Source: Octopus sinensis
Taxonomy: Eukaryota
Length of the DNA stretch: 64,000 bases
Reading direction: 5' to 3'
Assembly: GCF_006345805.1 (NCBI RefSeq)
Contig: NC_042997.1
Coordinates: 86,118,001-86,182,000, forward strand
The translations under genes were made by a program, and so were the position numbers. This document shows positions 37,186 through 49,040 of the stretch, piece by piece; within the stretch, counting starts at the first letter, position 1; each line of letters opens with the position of its first letter. Under the pieces are notes generated by a model, which worked only from the letters and a program-made list of their open reading frames with translations, had not been told where the DNA came from and made no database searches.

Positions 37186-38177
37186 CAACAACATTCTTGT
37201 ATAAGAATATTAACTGTATGCACTCAAATTAATGTAAAATTGTTTTTACTATAAGTGAACATAAAAGCAAATATTATTATATATGTGTGTGTGTGTGTAT
37301 ATATATACATATATATATATATATTTAAAATAAGCAGAAAATGGAGAAAACTTTTGATCAACAAACAAATTGACTACCATCAGTAAATTATTTTTAATAC
37401 AAAACTTTAGCATTGCTTACAGCCATTTCTGCTACCAATGTCAGTTGGTGCCTCCAACGAAAATTATGAGAATAATATTCGTCATCTTTATGGCACATCC
37501 AATCTAGTACATGGAGCTTCATCAGAGGTTATTATGGTTCTGAGTGTTACCTTTACTAAATTTGGGGTGGTTATGGGCTTTATTGTTTTCATTCTTACTA
37601 TTACTGCTATTGTTGTTATATATATATATATATATCACATTAGGCATATAAATTTTGAAATATCACACATTTCTGCTTATCTAATCAGTCATATGACTGA
37701 ATATGCTTGAAGAGTTTTGTTGAAAAATGCCTTTCTAAATGTTTGGAGAATATATATATAGTTATAAAAACATGATTTAAATTTATTTTCAGTTAATCTG
37801 CTATAAGTTTAAAATACAGTCCTATTGTCTGTTTATAAATAAACTGCTAATTCTAGAACACAATTACGTTTATATACACATTTATTTGGAAACATTATTT
37901 GAGAGTCTTTTAACCTCAAAATAGATGACAAAGTGTAATATTTAGCACCCTGCTATACATTTATTTTTCTTAATGATCAGAAGCCTAATTTTTCTTGTGA
38001 CCCTAAATATAGGCTAATTAACACCACAAATGTATATTAGGAATATTTGGCAAGCAAATCCTGGAATCTATTATATTTAGAATTTTAAAAATGTAACAAA
38101 AGTATATTAGGAATATATTCCTGCAACAAACAGGTCTCTAAATGTACATAGTTTGATATTATCAAGTTTCATCCCTT

Positions 38178-38505
38178 CAGGCATGACAATGTGATTAAGA
38201 AGTTTGCTTCCCAACCACATGGCTTCGGGTTCAGTTTCACTATGTAACACCATGGGCAGATGTCATTTCTATAGCTCTAGAACAACCAAAATCTTGTGAG
38301 TGAATTTTGCAAGTGGAAAGTGAAACAAGCTTGCTTTGTGTGTGTGTGTGTGGTGTGTGTGTGTGTGTGTGTGTGTGAATGTATGTTTGTGTCTCCTTGT
38401 CTTGATATTGTATGATTGTTGTAAACAAGTATAGTTGTCATTCATTTTCAATATTCTGAACCCATGCCAGCATGGAAAACAGACGTTAAAGAATGATGAT
38501 GATAA
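38178..38505 (+). mobile_element. SINE family B
   Basis: Head gtgattaagaagtttgcttccc; tail ccatgccagcatggaaaacagacgttaaa. Confidence 0.7.
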
Positions 38506-38830
38506 TTTCATCCTAGTTGACGCAACACTTTTGTAATACACATTTATACAAGGTACCATGAGACTGAACTCAGAACAATGTCGTGAAGTAACCTTCTGAA
38601 CCCTCTTCTAGGTTTTCAACCATGAATATTTCGGTTCAGTCTTACACTCCTACAAATAAAGATGGTTTGAAATTATGTAAACTGCCTATAGGCAACTCCT
38701 TCAAGGAGATTAAGCATATAACTCATATTTGCAACTAATAGTTCACAGTCTGACACAGCAAAAATTTACTTAAACTTCAAAGTCACTATCAATCTTTTAT
38801 TTTTGAAAATAAATAAATAAATATACAGGG

Positions 38831-39039
38831 TGTGGGGTACTGAAAAGTTCTTAGCTTTAAAGGTATCAAGAAAGGCCTGGCTGGAGACACAACCTTCCTA
38901 GTTCTTTTATAGGGCTTAGAAAGACTGAAGGACCGATGCAATAAGTGTGTGAATCTGAGAGGGGAAAAACATCTTAATTAACTGATCCTCCTGTATTTTC
39001 TTTTACCCAAAGCCATGAACTTTTCAGAACCCTTTCATA
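38831..39039 (+). mobile_element. mariner deletion derivative / MITE
   Basis: Inverted ends ggggtactgaaaagttcttagcttt / aaagccatgaacttttcagaaccc. Interior encodes a transposase C-terminus AWLETQPS*FFYR/GLERLKDRCNKCVNLRGE. Confidence 0.8.
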
Positions 39040-39072
39040 CAACATCAGCATATTCTGATCTCTTTTTTTTTT

Positions 39073-39467
39073 CTCTTTTTACTTGTTTCAGTCATTTTGA
39101 CCGCGGCCATGCTAGTGCACCACCTTTAATCGAGCAACTCGATCCTGGGACTTATTCTTTGTAAGCCTAGTACTTATTCTATCGGTCTCTGTTGCCGAAC
39201 CGCTAAGTGATGGGGACATAAACACACCAGCATCGGTTGTCAAGCAATGCTAGGGAGACAAACACAGACACACAAACATACACGCACATACATATATATA
39301 CATATATACGACGGGCTTCTTTCAGTTTCCGTCTACCAAATCCACTCACAAAGCTTTGGTCGGCCCGAGGCTATAGTAGAAGACACTTGCCCAAGGTGCC
39401 ACGCAGTGGGACTGAACCCAGAACCATGTGGTTGGTAAACAAGCTACTTACCACACAGCCACTCCTG
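39073..39467 (-). mobile_element. SINE family A, youngest-looking copy (CpGs retained)
   Basis: Complete head, CORE-like block and tail; many intact CpGs. Confidence 0.9.
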
Positions 39468-39469
39468 AT

Positions 39470-40040
39470 GTTCATTTTTCTATGCTTCCATGAGTTGGAG
39501 GGAATTTGTTGGCAGATTTTCTATGTTGGATGCCTTTCCTGTCATCAACTTTCCAAGTAAGGTAATATTTCCCCATGAATAGACTATAAAAAATGACACT
39601 ACTTGCAGTGATGGTGACACTCATTTACAATTATCATGTGAAATCAAGGCAAGGAGACAGTAACACACATACAAAGGTGTTAGGAAGGGCATCAAGCCAT
39701 AAAGGCCTATGCCAAACAGACAGCGGAGCTAGGTGCAGTCTTCTGGCTTACTAGTTCCTGTCAAACCATTCAAGCCATACCATCAATTCCAGCATGGGAG
39801 ATGGACAATATCAAATGACAATGATGAGGATATATGTGTGTGTGTGTGTGTGTATTTATATATATATAGATATAGATATATATACACACACACATGACAA
39901 GCATCTTTCAGTTTCCATCTACTTTTGATCAATCCAGGGCTATAGTAGAAGATACCTTCCCAAAGTGCAACACAGTGGTACTCTATCCAAAATCATATGG
40001 TTGGAAAGCAAACTTCTTACCACAAAGCCCATACCTCACC
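39470..40040 (-). mobile_element. SINE family B interrupted by a + strand RTE-tail fragment (about 39670-39830)
   Basis: B tail 39470-39670, B head 39890-40040; aggaagggcatcaagcc insert between them. Confidence 0.6.
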
Positions 40041-40989
40041 AACGATGGCTCTGAATATATATATTACAGTTTTCCCCTCTTGGCCTGTCTTGAAATGTTA
40101 GGATTCTCCTCTCCACCTCTTCCCTACAACACTTCACTAAATACTTTATTCTGTTATTTCTTTACCAAAAAACTATATCATTCCACTACTTAAGAAATGA
40201 TTGAAATTAATTGGTTTTTCTGGGAAGTTTGTGGGGGATTTATATTTTTATATTTTCATGTTTCTTCTTCAGTTATTTTTATTGATAAAATATCAGTTGT
40301 ATGAAATATCTGTCACATTTTTCTGACGTTGAATAAAATAAAGCAAAGAATTTCTCTGGCACCATTTTCATTCACAAGACACTCAAAATTTTCAGCAGTT
40401 GCCATCCTTTAATTATCATTGGCATTAGAATTGTAAATAATGGTCTGTTATTGTGACATAAATTTATGATTTTTATACATTTTATTTTCATTATTGTATT
40501 TTGTTTTACTTTTTGGCTTTTGAATTTTATATTTTTCTCCTCTTGAAAAAAATTTTATATACTTCCAAGTCAAACAAAATTAAATTCGCTTTTCTGTTTT
40601 TAATAGTTATTTTTAAATCACTTTTTTTTTTTTTACATTTGTGTTTTATCTGGACTTTTCAGTATAATTTCAAAAGGTCAGTATATTTATAGGGATGGGA
40701 GTGTTCTTGTTTTCATATTCTCATTTAAAAAGGTTTGTCGTAATTACTGCCTAAGATGAAAGGAGGACATAGTTTATTTCCATTTTTTATTTGGCTCTGA
40801 TTCCTATTATTAAAAGAAAAAGAAAAAGGAAAGTGATTGTCAAAAAAAGGATTAAAACATTATTTTATCCTTTTACTATTTCAGTTATTAGACTCTGCTC
40901 ATGCTGGAGCACTACCTTAAACTTTGTTGTTGTTTTTTTATTTTACTTTTATTTGATTGTATCAGCCTCATTTATCAGGCATTTATTTT

Positions 40990-41188
40990 AGGTATGTCTC
41001 TCTAGTTAAGAAGTTCAATTTTCAACCATGAGGCTTCATGTTCATTCCCATTATGTGGCACCTTGGGCGAGTGTTTTCTAATTTAGCCCCAGGTTGACCA
41101 ATGCCCTCTGAGTATATTTGATAGATGGAAATTGTATGGAAGCTTATTGTGTATGTAAAGTGAGAGTGTGTCTGTGTTTGTCCCCCAC

Positions 41189-41220
<32 letters not shown>

Positions 41221-41390
41221 TTGACAAGCAGTGTTACTTTGTTAACATTCCCTGTAACATAGCAGTTTGGCAAAAGAGATTTATAGAATAAGTATCAGTT
41301 TTAAAAAATAAGTACTGGAGTTATTCTGATTAAACAAACCCATCAAGGTAGTGCCCCAGCATGGTCTCGTGACTGAAACAAGAAAAAGAT
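40990..41390 (+). mobile_element. SINE family A
   Basis: tgtggcaccttgggcgagtg...gcttgacaagcag...gccccagcatgg. Confidence 0.8.
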
Positions 41391-42341
41391 AACCTCAGTA
41401 AGATGAAAAGAAAACATTGTAGTGAATCAGCATAATAGTTAGGGCACTGTCCAGAAACTTTTGTCGTATTTGTTGCAGCACTTGGCATTCTGAGTTCAAA
41501 TTCCACCAACATCAACTTTGTCTTCCATTTTTTGGGAGGTCAATAAAGTGCCAGTCCCGGGACAAGGGAGTGACAGAAGTATTAGGATGTCAGATGAATT
41601 GCCTTGTTATATCTCTTCCAGCTCCTTGCATTCCGAATTGAGATTATTGTCTCTTTTACCAACCTCTTTGTTGTAGGAGACAGGAACTGGCTTATGGTGA
41701 TAGATTCCTAAAGTCTTTATAACATCTGACAGCAAGGTATATTGATTACTTTATTCAGTGTAGCAGCTAAATCTTCCTCCACAAATTCTAGTCCTTCCTA
41801 CAAGCATTTTTCAACCACTTGTGTGTAACACATACTTAGTATATGGTATGTTTTTAAAGCAAATTAGAAAATGGTTAAGATATCTACAAAATTTAAATGT
41901 ATTTAATGCACAATATATCCCTTATACCAGGCATGTGCCGTCAGTAATTACTCAGGGTAGGCAGTTGGTGACCTTTATGCAGTGAAACTGACAAAAATAA
42001 ATGAAACACAGGTGCAATACTGAGTTGAAGATAGATTTACTTCTGCCTTTATAGCACATAAAGAAAACGTTGTAGGAATGTATGTAGCACATGTACTACA
42101 GCAGTATTATGTGTAGCTTAAATACTGAGATCGTAAAACAGGGGCAAATTATGCCTAGACCTGATCTACAAAAAAATAAAATATTTTGCATTTTATGCAT
42201 AGTAATCAGAGGAACCTTCATAGTTTTATTGAATTAGGTGCACATTTTGCCATAAAAGGAAAATGTTGCATTCGATCAATTTTATTTAATGTAGGCACTG
42301 ACTACCTTGCCTACCTAGACAACACATCCCTGCTTTATACC

Positions 42342-42572
42342 TATTTCTTTACTACCCACAAGAGGCTAAACACAGAAAGGACAAACAAGGACAGAGAAAC
42401 GGATTAAGTTGATTATATCGACCCCAGTGCGTAACTGGTACTTATTTAATCGACCCTGAAAGGATGAAAGGCAAAATCGACCATGGCAGAATTTGAACTC
42501 AGAATGTAGCAGCAGACGAAATACCGCTAAGCATTTTGCCCGTCGTGCTAACGTTTCTGCCAGCTCCCTGCC
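42342..42572 (-). mobile_element. SINE family C, young, with probable 15-bp TSD
   Basis: tccctgctttatacc (42327-42341) / tccctgccttatacc (42565-42579; overlaps the SINE 5' end). Confidence 0.9.
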
Positions 42573-42630
42573 TTATACCCCTTTGGAGAAAAATACATAG
42601 CCCTGCATATAAAATGAATGTGTGCATATG

Positions 42631-42670
<40 letters not shown>

Positions 42671-42709
42671 GATGTATATATATATATATTATATAAGTGT
42701 GTGTGTGTG

Positions 42710-42755
<46 letters not shown>

Positions 42756-43039
42756 AAGACACATGTTCTAGTGGTTAGGCTGTTGCATTCACAATTGCTA
42801 GATTGTGTGTTTAGTTCCCAAACCAGGCAACACGTGCTTTTGAGCAAAACTCTTCATATTGTGTTACTCCAGTCTCCTTGTTAATCTGGGGAAAATGTTG
42901 GCATGCTCACCTACCCAGCGGTGTGGTATTATTTGAAGGTTAAAATCATGCAAAACACATTCGTGCTTTGTGATCAACAATGCACAATATCTGATAGCCT
43001 GGTTGGTGATGTAATCATATTATATGATATGTATTGTCA

Positions 43040-43340
43040 TCATCGTCATTTAACATCCACTTTCCATATTACTATGGATTGAATGGTTGACATGGAGCTG
43101 GCTAGCAGGGTGCTATCTGGACTCCAGCTTTCTGTCGAGGCATGGTTTCTTTGGTTGGATGCCCTTCCTAATGCCAGCCACTTAACAGAGTATATGGGGT
43201 GCTTTTTATGTGTCACCAGCACAAGTGCATTTAAGCATGGGTATGTTAATGCAGCACTGACACAGATGCTTTTTAAGTGGCACCGGCATCTGAAAAGACA
43301 AGCCTGTATGTGTGGAAGACAGCAATTTTACTTAGCTTGA
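43040..43340. mobile_element. RTE-UTR-derived element
   Basis: catttaacatccactttcc...ggatgcccttcctaatgccagcc. Confidence 0.65.
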
Positions 43341-43353
43341 TGTGTATGTGCTA

Positions 43354-43387
<34 letters not shown>

Positions 43388-43864
43388 TAAATGTTCTTAT
43401 GTAGGTAAGGTGTTTGCAAAACAAAGAATTCAGTATGTTCAACAGTGAAGGATGATAATTTAAAATTATATCTAAATTATATCTAAATGTTTGTGTACAT
43501 ACATACATGCCTGCTAGGTTAAGTTCAGCTGTGTATACTTACTTAAGTGTGAATTTCATTAAATACAACCTGCGATAGTGTCTCTTATATTCCAGTAATA
43601 AACATACGAATGTTGTAAACCCAGTAACTTAGCAACATATTCACTCAGGTGTAGCAAATTCCTGCTTTGGTAGGAAATACAAAAAATAGTGAGTGTTCCT
43701 CTTATGCTAGACAGTTGAAACCGACATTACAAGAACATCTGCCCTCCATACTTAATCAATAAAATAATTACTTGTCATCGAGTAGGTATTAGTATTTCCA
43801 AAATGTTTCAGATTTTATGATAAATCTACATAATAGTTATGAATAGATTTTAATATTTTGTTAA

Positions 43865-44060
43865 CCCTTCAGCAGTCAGATTACCCTGTCAAGTGTAATG
43901 TTTATTTAATCACATTGTTTTAAATTAATCGGGGATTATCTTGCAGCTTTGAGATTTCAATGATGTGATTGTTTATTTTTAGAATGACTTTTTAGGGTAG
44001 GTGTAAAAGACTGGATCTGACTAGTTTGAATGTAAAACAGGTAAGAGTATTACTAAAGGT
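43865..44060. mobile_element. TTAA/piggyBac-type MITE (same family as 3131, opposite orientation)
   Basis: TTAA-CCCTTCAGC left end; body is the reverse complement of 3131-3305; right end degenerate (ctaaaggtt). Confidence 0.7.
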
Positions 44061-44759
44061 TTCAACAAAGTTATATGAAGTGCAGCTTGCTGGATTAAAG
44101 GGCGTTGGCCAATTAGACTAAAGGGTTGACAGTTTTTATTTTGTTACCAGTGTCACATTGCACAATGTCTCCAGTAACAAAGACTTTTGACTCTTGTCAA
44201 CCCAAGCTATCTAGTTGTAAATATGTTTTATTTTTTAGTTTTTAGTTTTTTAATCCCTAAGTCAGTCATATCATGAAAGGTATTCATTCTGGCTTTTTGT
44301 ATATATCAAAGATTATGTTATCTAATTTGTGTCCTCATTTTTCTAAGATGAGGACACATAAGTGTGATTTCAGAAAGTTTTGGGTAGTGTTTCTTTAGCT
44401 GGGGAAAATTGCTTTAGGTTGAAAAATTCTTTAATTGTACTGTTTTTGCTAGATTTCCTTTTCTTAATGTTGGTTTTACGAATATTATGTTTAATTAACA
44501 TATAACTGCTAATGCAATACACTGTGCTGTATTCATGACTACTTCTTTCTTATTAAATATGGTAGGAGATCAGGTTGATGAACTGATAAACAGAGCATGG
44601 AGTCAGGATGGTGAGAGGGGGAGGTGGGCAAGATAAACAAGATGGTAAACTATTAAATTAGGTGGCAGGAATAAGTATGGTGAACTGGTAAAGAAGGGAA
44701 ACTGAAATTGTGAATTTGTGAAGTGGGATAAAATTTGGTTGGTGAGCAGTTAAAAAAGG

Positions 44760-45020
44760 AAGTAAAGATAGCATCATAAAGTTGTGTTCGATTCTAGAAT
44801 GGACAGCATGTTGTGTCCTTGAGCAAAATACTTCATTTCACATCATTCCAGTCTACTCAGCTGAAAATGCATGCCAGCAGCTTCTGGGTTTTAACCTTGC
44901 AGTAAATAAATATCATGTCCAGAGGGAAACCTTGTACTCTCAGTTGCTTGTACCCCTTGGAAAATGGGATATCGTCTGACTTTATGAGCCTATGGATTCA
45001 AAACAGACTTTAATTTAACT
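44760..45020 (+). mobile_element. Minor tRNA-headed SINE
   Basis: gttcgattc B-box-like motif; ttgtgtccttgagcaaaatactt; ctcagctg; tail actttaatttaacttt. Confidence 0.6.
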
Positions 45021-47339
45021 TTATAGTGTGATATGAGTGAGATTTCACAGCTGTTTCAAGCAAGTTGAGATTGTAGTTGTCACTGCTTTAACTCTATCAG
45101 ATTAAATTGATGAGTGTTTTAGTTAGCAGCATATAGCACTAAGTCCATCTCCTTTAGGTGGATATATTCTGGAGAGAAGCAAACCCTACCAAGCAGAGAC
45201 ACACTACTTGAATGCTCTCACCAAGCTTAATAACTTATACCAATTTACTACACTAACTAAATAGTCCTAGAGTCCTACAGCATTTAGATAGTCCCCCTTT
45301 ATCTGCTAATCAATTAAGAGAAGGTTTCTTATGATCATGACTGAAATTCTTTTGGACATGCTTCATCTCAATCAGGGACCTGGATCTAAACAATAATAAC
45401 AAACAAACATAATTAGATAATTAACCAAGATTGCTTATGGTTTGTGTAGAATGTGATTTATAATTTAATAATTAGATTAAATTTGTTTTGATTTCTTTAG
45501 AATTGTCAAGCTATAATTTTTTAAACCTTTTTTTGTTTAATGCTTTTTTTCTGTTTTTAACCTTCTGAGACATGGTGACCATAAAACTAAAGTGCTGAGC
45601 TACCTACTGAGTGTATGATTTGAGTTCAAACCTACAGCTATTACACTGTGCCTGTACAACCTTTGTGCAATGCATAATACTTCTTCAAGATTTCTAGCTG
45701 ACATTAGCAATCAAGAAGAAAGATCACTATTAATATTCATTTTTTATATTGGTACAAAGCCATAAATTTGTAACTGAATTAATTATTGGAGTATTCATAC
45801 TTGCTTCATTAAAATTCCATCCCCACCACACCAGAGGGAACTTATAGTAAAGACAACTACACTGGGATTTGAACTTGGAGTATAAAGAGAACAATAATTT
45901 TTAAAAGTCCAACACTCCATTTATTCCCTTATGTGGCCAGAATAATCCATAATTGTATCTCATATATACCAAAAATATACTGTTGTCAATTCACTGCTGA
46001 ATGAAGCCTCTGTATGTCTCTGCTGTCTTATCTATGCTGGTTGTAGGCCTACCTGTTATTTCATATTGGTTAGACTGCTTTACATGATCCAATAAGTTAG
46101 ATATTGATATCTAGGTGGATTTTGAACTCAGAATATATAGAATCAGAACAAATACTACAAAACTTCTCATCTGAGTCTCTAATAATTCCCCCAAATCCTG
46201 TACTTTAGATTCGTATTTAATTTATCGACCCTGAAATGATGAAACTTGAAATTCAGTGATTGAAGTCTATTGTATTTTTTTTTTCTTCTTCGCATAATTA
46301 TTTCCAAACAGATTTTTAACCATATCTACATTAGCATATGCTAACACCAACTTAACTACTGTGCTGTTTGAGCATTAAGAATCTTGACTATTTACACAAC
46401 ATAATGCTAGTGGCAGAATCATAAGAACTACTGATCTCTTGGGTCAGTGAGTCAGCCCTGTTCTCATCTTCTGAAAATATCTAAAATATCATCTAAAATG
46501 GATATTTCTTACAAAGAAAACTGTTTAGGTTTCAACATCTATAGATTCCTTCTGTGAACTTTTTTTCTTGTTATTATGTAATGTGCCTACCCTTTGGGGA
46601 ATGAAGGATTAATAGTTTAGAGAAAGCTAAGGTGATTTTTAGAAGGCAATCTTAACATTTATTGTCGAAGTTCTTGAAACATTATCGTAAAACTTGGCAT
46701 GAGATTGCATGAGAGCCATTCAGATTTAGTGAGATTTTCATTAACAGAGAATTACAGCAAACTCTTCACAACCATAACAATAAAAATATATATAAAAAAG
46801 AAAAAATATGCTACACAACAACTACAATAAAAGTAAGAAATGAAGAAATAAACCAGTAACAATCTTTTCTTTTTCTACAATGAATAAATGGTGCTGCAGC
46901 AGATAATTGAGTATATAACACGAAATGCAATACAAAAGAAGTTTTCTTCCATTGACTTCTTCCTAATTTTAGAGACCACTACATGAAAATCGAAAACAAA
47001 TAAAAAAGTGAAAACATAAATGCATACACGCACACGCACAAACACACAAATAAATACATAAACATTCTCATTATTAAGGAGTATAGAAATCTGAATAGGA
47101 GTATCTTTTCAAAAGATATAACCTGATAATGATAATAATAATGATAATAATAATAATGATAAGAAGAAGAAGAAGAAGAAAAAGAAGAAGAATGAATGAA
47201 TGAAGATGATAAAAAGGAATCTTAAAATAAGAAAGTATTTAGAAAAAGGGTTAGGGTTATATCTTATAGGGAACCACCAACAAGTCATTTTCCTTTGCAA
47301 TTGTTTGTAAGGAGACTGATATGCAAACAGTGGTGAAAG

Positions 47340-47569
47340 ACCTATTCCTTTACTACCTACAAGGGGCTAAACACAGAGGAGACAAACAAGGACGGACAGA
47401 TGGATTAAGTCGATTATATCGACCCCAGTGCATAACTGGTACTTAATTTATCGACCCTGAAAGAATGAAAGGCAAAGTCAACCTCGGCGGAATTTGAACT
47501 CAGAACATAGTGACAGACAAAATACCGCTTAACATTTTGCCCGGCTAACATTTCTGCCAGCTCACCGCC
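47340..47569 (-). mobile_element. SINE family C, young
   Basis: Near-identical to the 42342 and 59570 copies. Confidence 0.9.
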
Positions 47570-48271
47570 TACCAAACTCTTTGATGTTGGTGTCCACAGA
47601 ATACCTCAGACATTGATAACATTGAATACTTCAGACATTGAAGAGGTCATGACTGAGTGAGGCATGAGGTTATGTTTAGAATATATAAATAATCAATTAT
47701 TGTCCTTGTTTAATCCCTGGTCAGGATAGATATTATCAGTGGTATTCCAACCATATCCATCCTGTCTGTTTTTTTCTATGGGCAGGAAACCTTGGATCAC
47801 ATGGTCCAATGTGTTCTTTTCTAGAATTTGAGAAATATTTGACTATCATTTTAGGATGTTGAGTTATCACACAGAGGCTCCTTATCATTCACTGGTGGTA
47901 ATTTTTTTGCTTTTACTTACACACAAGTTGAAAAATTTGGAATCAAGAGTACAATCAATTAAATTGTCCCCTGGATTTGACTGGTAAGAGCATCAGACAA
48001 AACACTTTGCAGTATGTATTTTGGTCCTTTGTATTCTGGATTTACAGTCTACTAAGGTCCAAAATTGCCATCTTAATCTTTTCTAAATCTTTTAGTATCT
48101 CAACCTAATAAACCCATGAGAGTATTGTAGTTCTATGTACACTTTGTTTGGAGCAAGGATAGGACAGTCACAGCCAGAATGCCTTTTGAATACAGAGTTG
48201 TTTGATCAAAACTGAGCTGTAGTTAAACAATGTCAATAAAGCTCCACTGCTGAAAATAGTACATGATCATG

Positions 48272-48407
48272 TACTCTTTTACTTGTTTCAGCCTTTATGA
48301 CGGGCTTCCTTAAATTTCCGTCTACCAAATCCACTCACAAGGCTTTGGTCGGCCCGAATCATGTGGTTCATAAGCAAGCTACTTACCACACAGCCACTCC
48401 TACGCCT
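48272..48407 (-). mobile_element. SINE family A with two internal deletions
   Basis: Both termini intact; lacks the body and the CORE-like block. Confidence 0.8.
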
Positions 48408-48661
48408 AGTCGAGGATTTTGTTTTACAGCTACATGATTTTGAGATTGAACCCACTATGTTTCACTTTGGGTCAACCAATACCTTTTAAGTAAAATTTAG
48501 TAGATGCAAACTGTACAGGAGTTCATCATATGTATGTCTTTTAGCAATATTTATCAATAAAAGATGTGCATGTTGGCGAAGAAAATATTAAATTGGTGCA
48601 TTCAAACAAAATCAAATCATTGACACTCCCTTGTCACTCACACCAATTATGCTTTTTTCAG

Positions 48662-48679
48662 AAAATGCATTATATAAAA
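48662..48679 (+). CDS. Candidate 18-nt microexon (xNALYKx in phase 1, or KMHYIK in phase 0); host gene unknown
   Basis: caattaTGCttttttcag|AAAATGCATTATATAAAA|gtaagt in non-repetitive sequence. Splice-signal evidence only. Confidence 0.3.
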
Positions 48680-48849
48680 GTAAGTAAATTAATTGATAAG
48701 TAGCCAGTTAGCTTAAGAGTGCCAAGTTCAAACCATTCTAGCTTTAGCATATTACCCTAGATTACACATGTTTTTCAAGTAGATATCAGATATCATTCTT
48801 TTTATTGCTTCTTTTATCTTGCATTTTATTCTATTTTGATAAAAAGTTC

Positions 48850-49040
48850 ACCCGAAATATGTCAACGTCTTTTCCTCTTTTTAACGTACTATTCACTTTA
48901 CACAACACTTATTGTTATTTCGTTCTCGTATGTTTACAATTTGTCCATCACTTTTCGAATTTTTGGTCGACCTGTTGTAACTTCTCGTGCTGTCCATCTC
49001 TTTGCCTCTTATTCCCTTCATTCCATTTGGGCTATTTTAC
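48850..49040 (-). mobile_element. Possible ancient LINE C-terminal remnant
   Basis: Minus frame GKIAQME*RE*EAKRWTAREVTTGRPKIR resembles the RTE GHIARM...GRPKxRW motif; weak. Confidence 0.3.

Noticed and set aside
37438-37710. ORF MSVGASNENY...
   Set aside because: No recognisable homology; runs into low-complexity sequence; the opposite strand gives an equally weak candidate.
39400-39467. tRNA genes at SINE heads
   Set aside because: Only A/B-box-like remnants continuous with SINE bodies; no cloverleaf.
43390-43410. TAG|GTAAGG recursive splice site
   Set aside because: Weak pyrimidine tract and no proof of plus-strand transcription.
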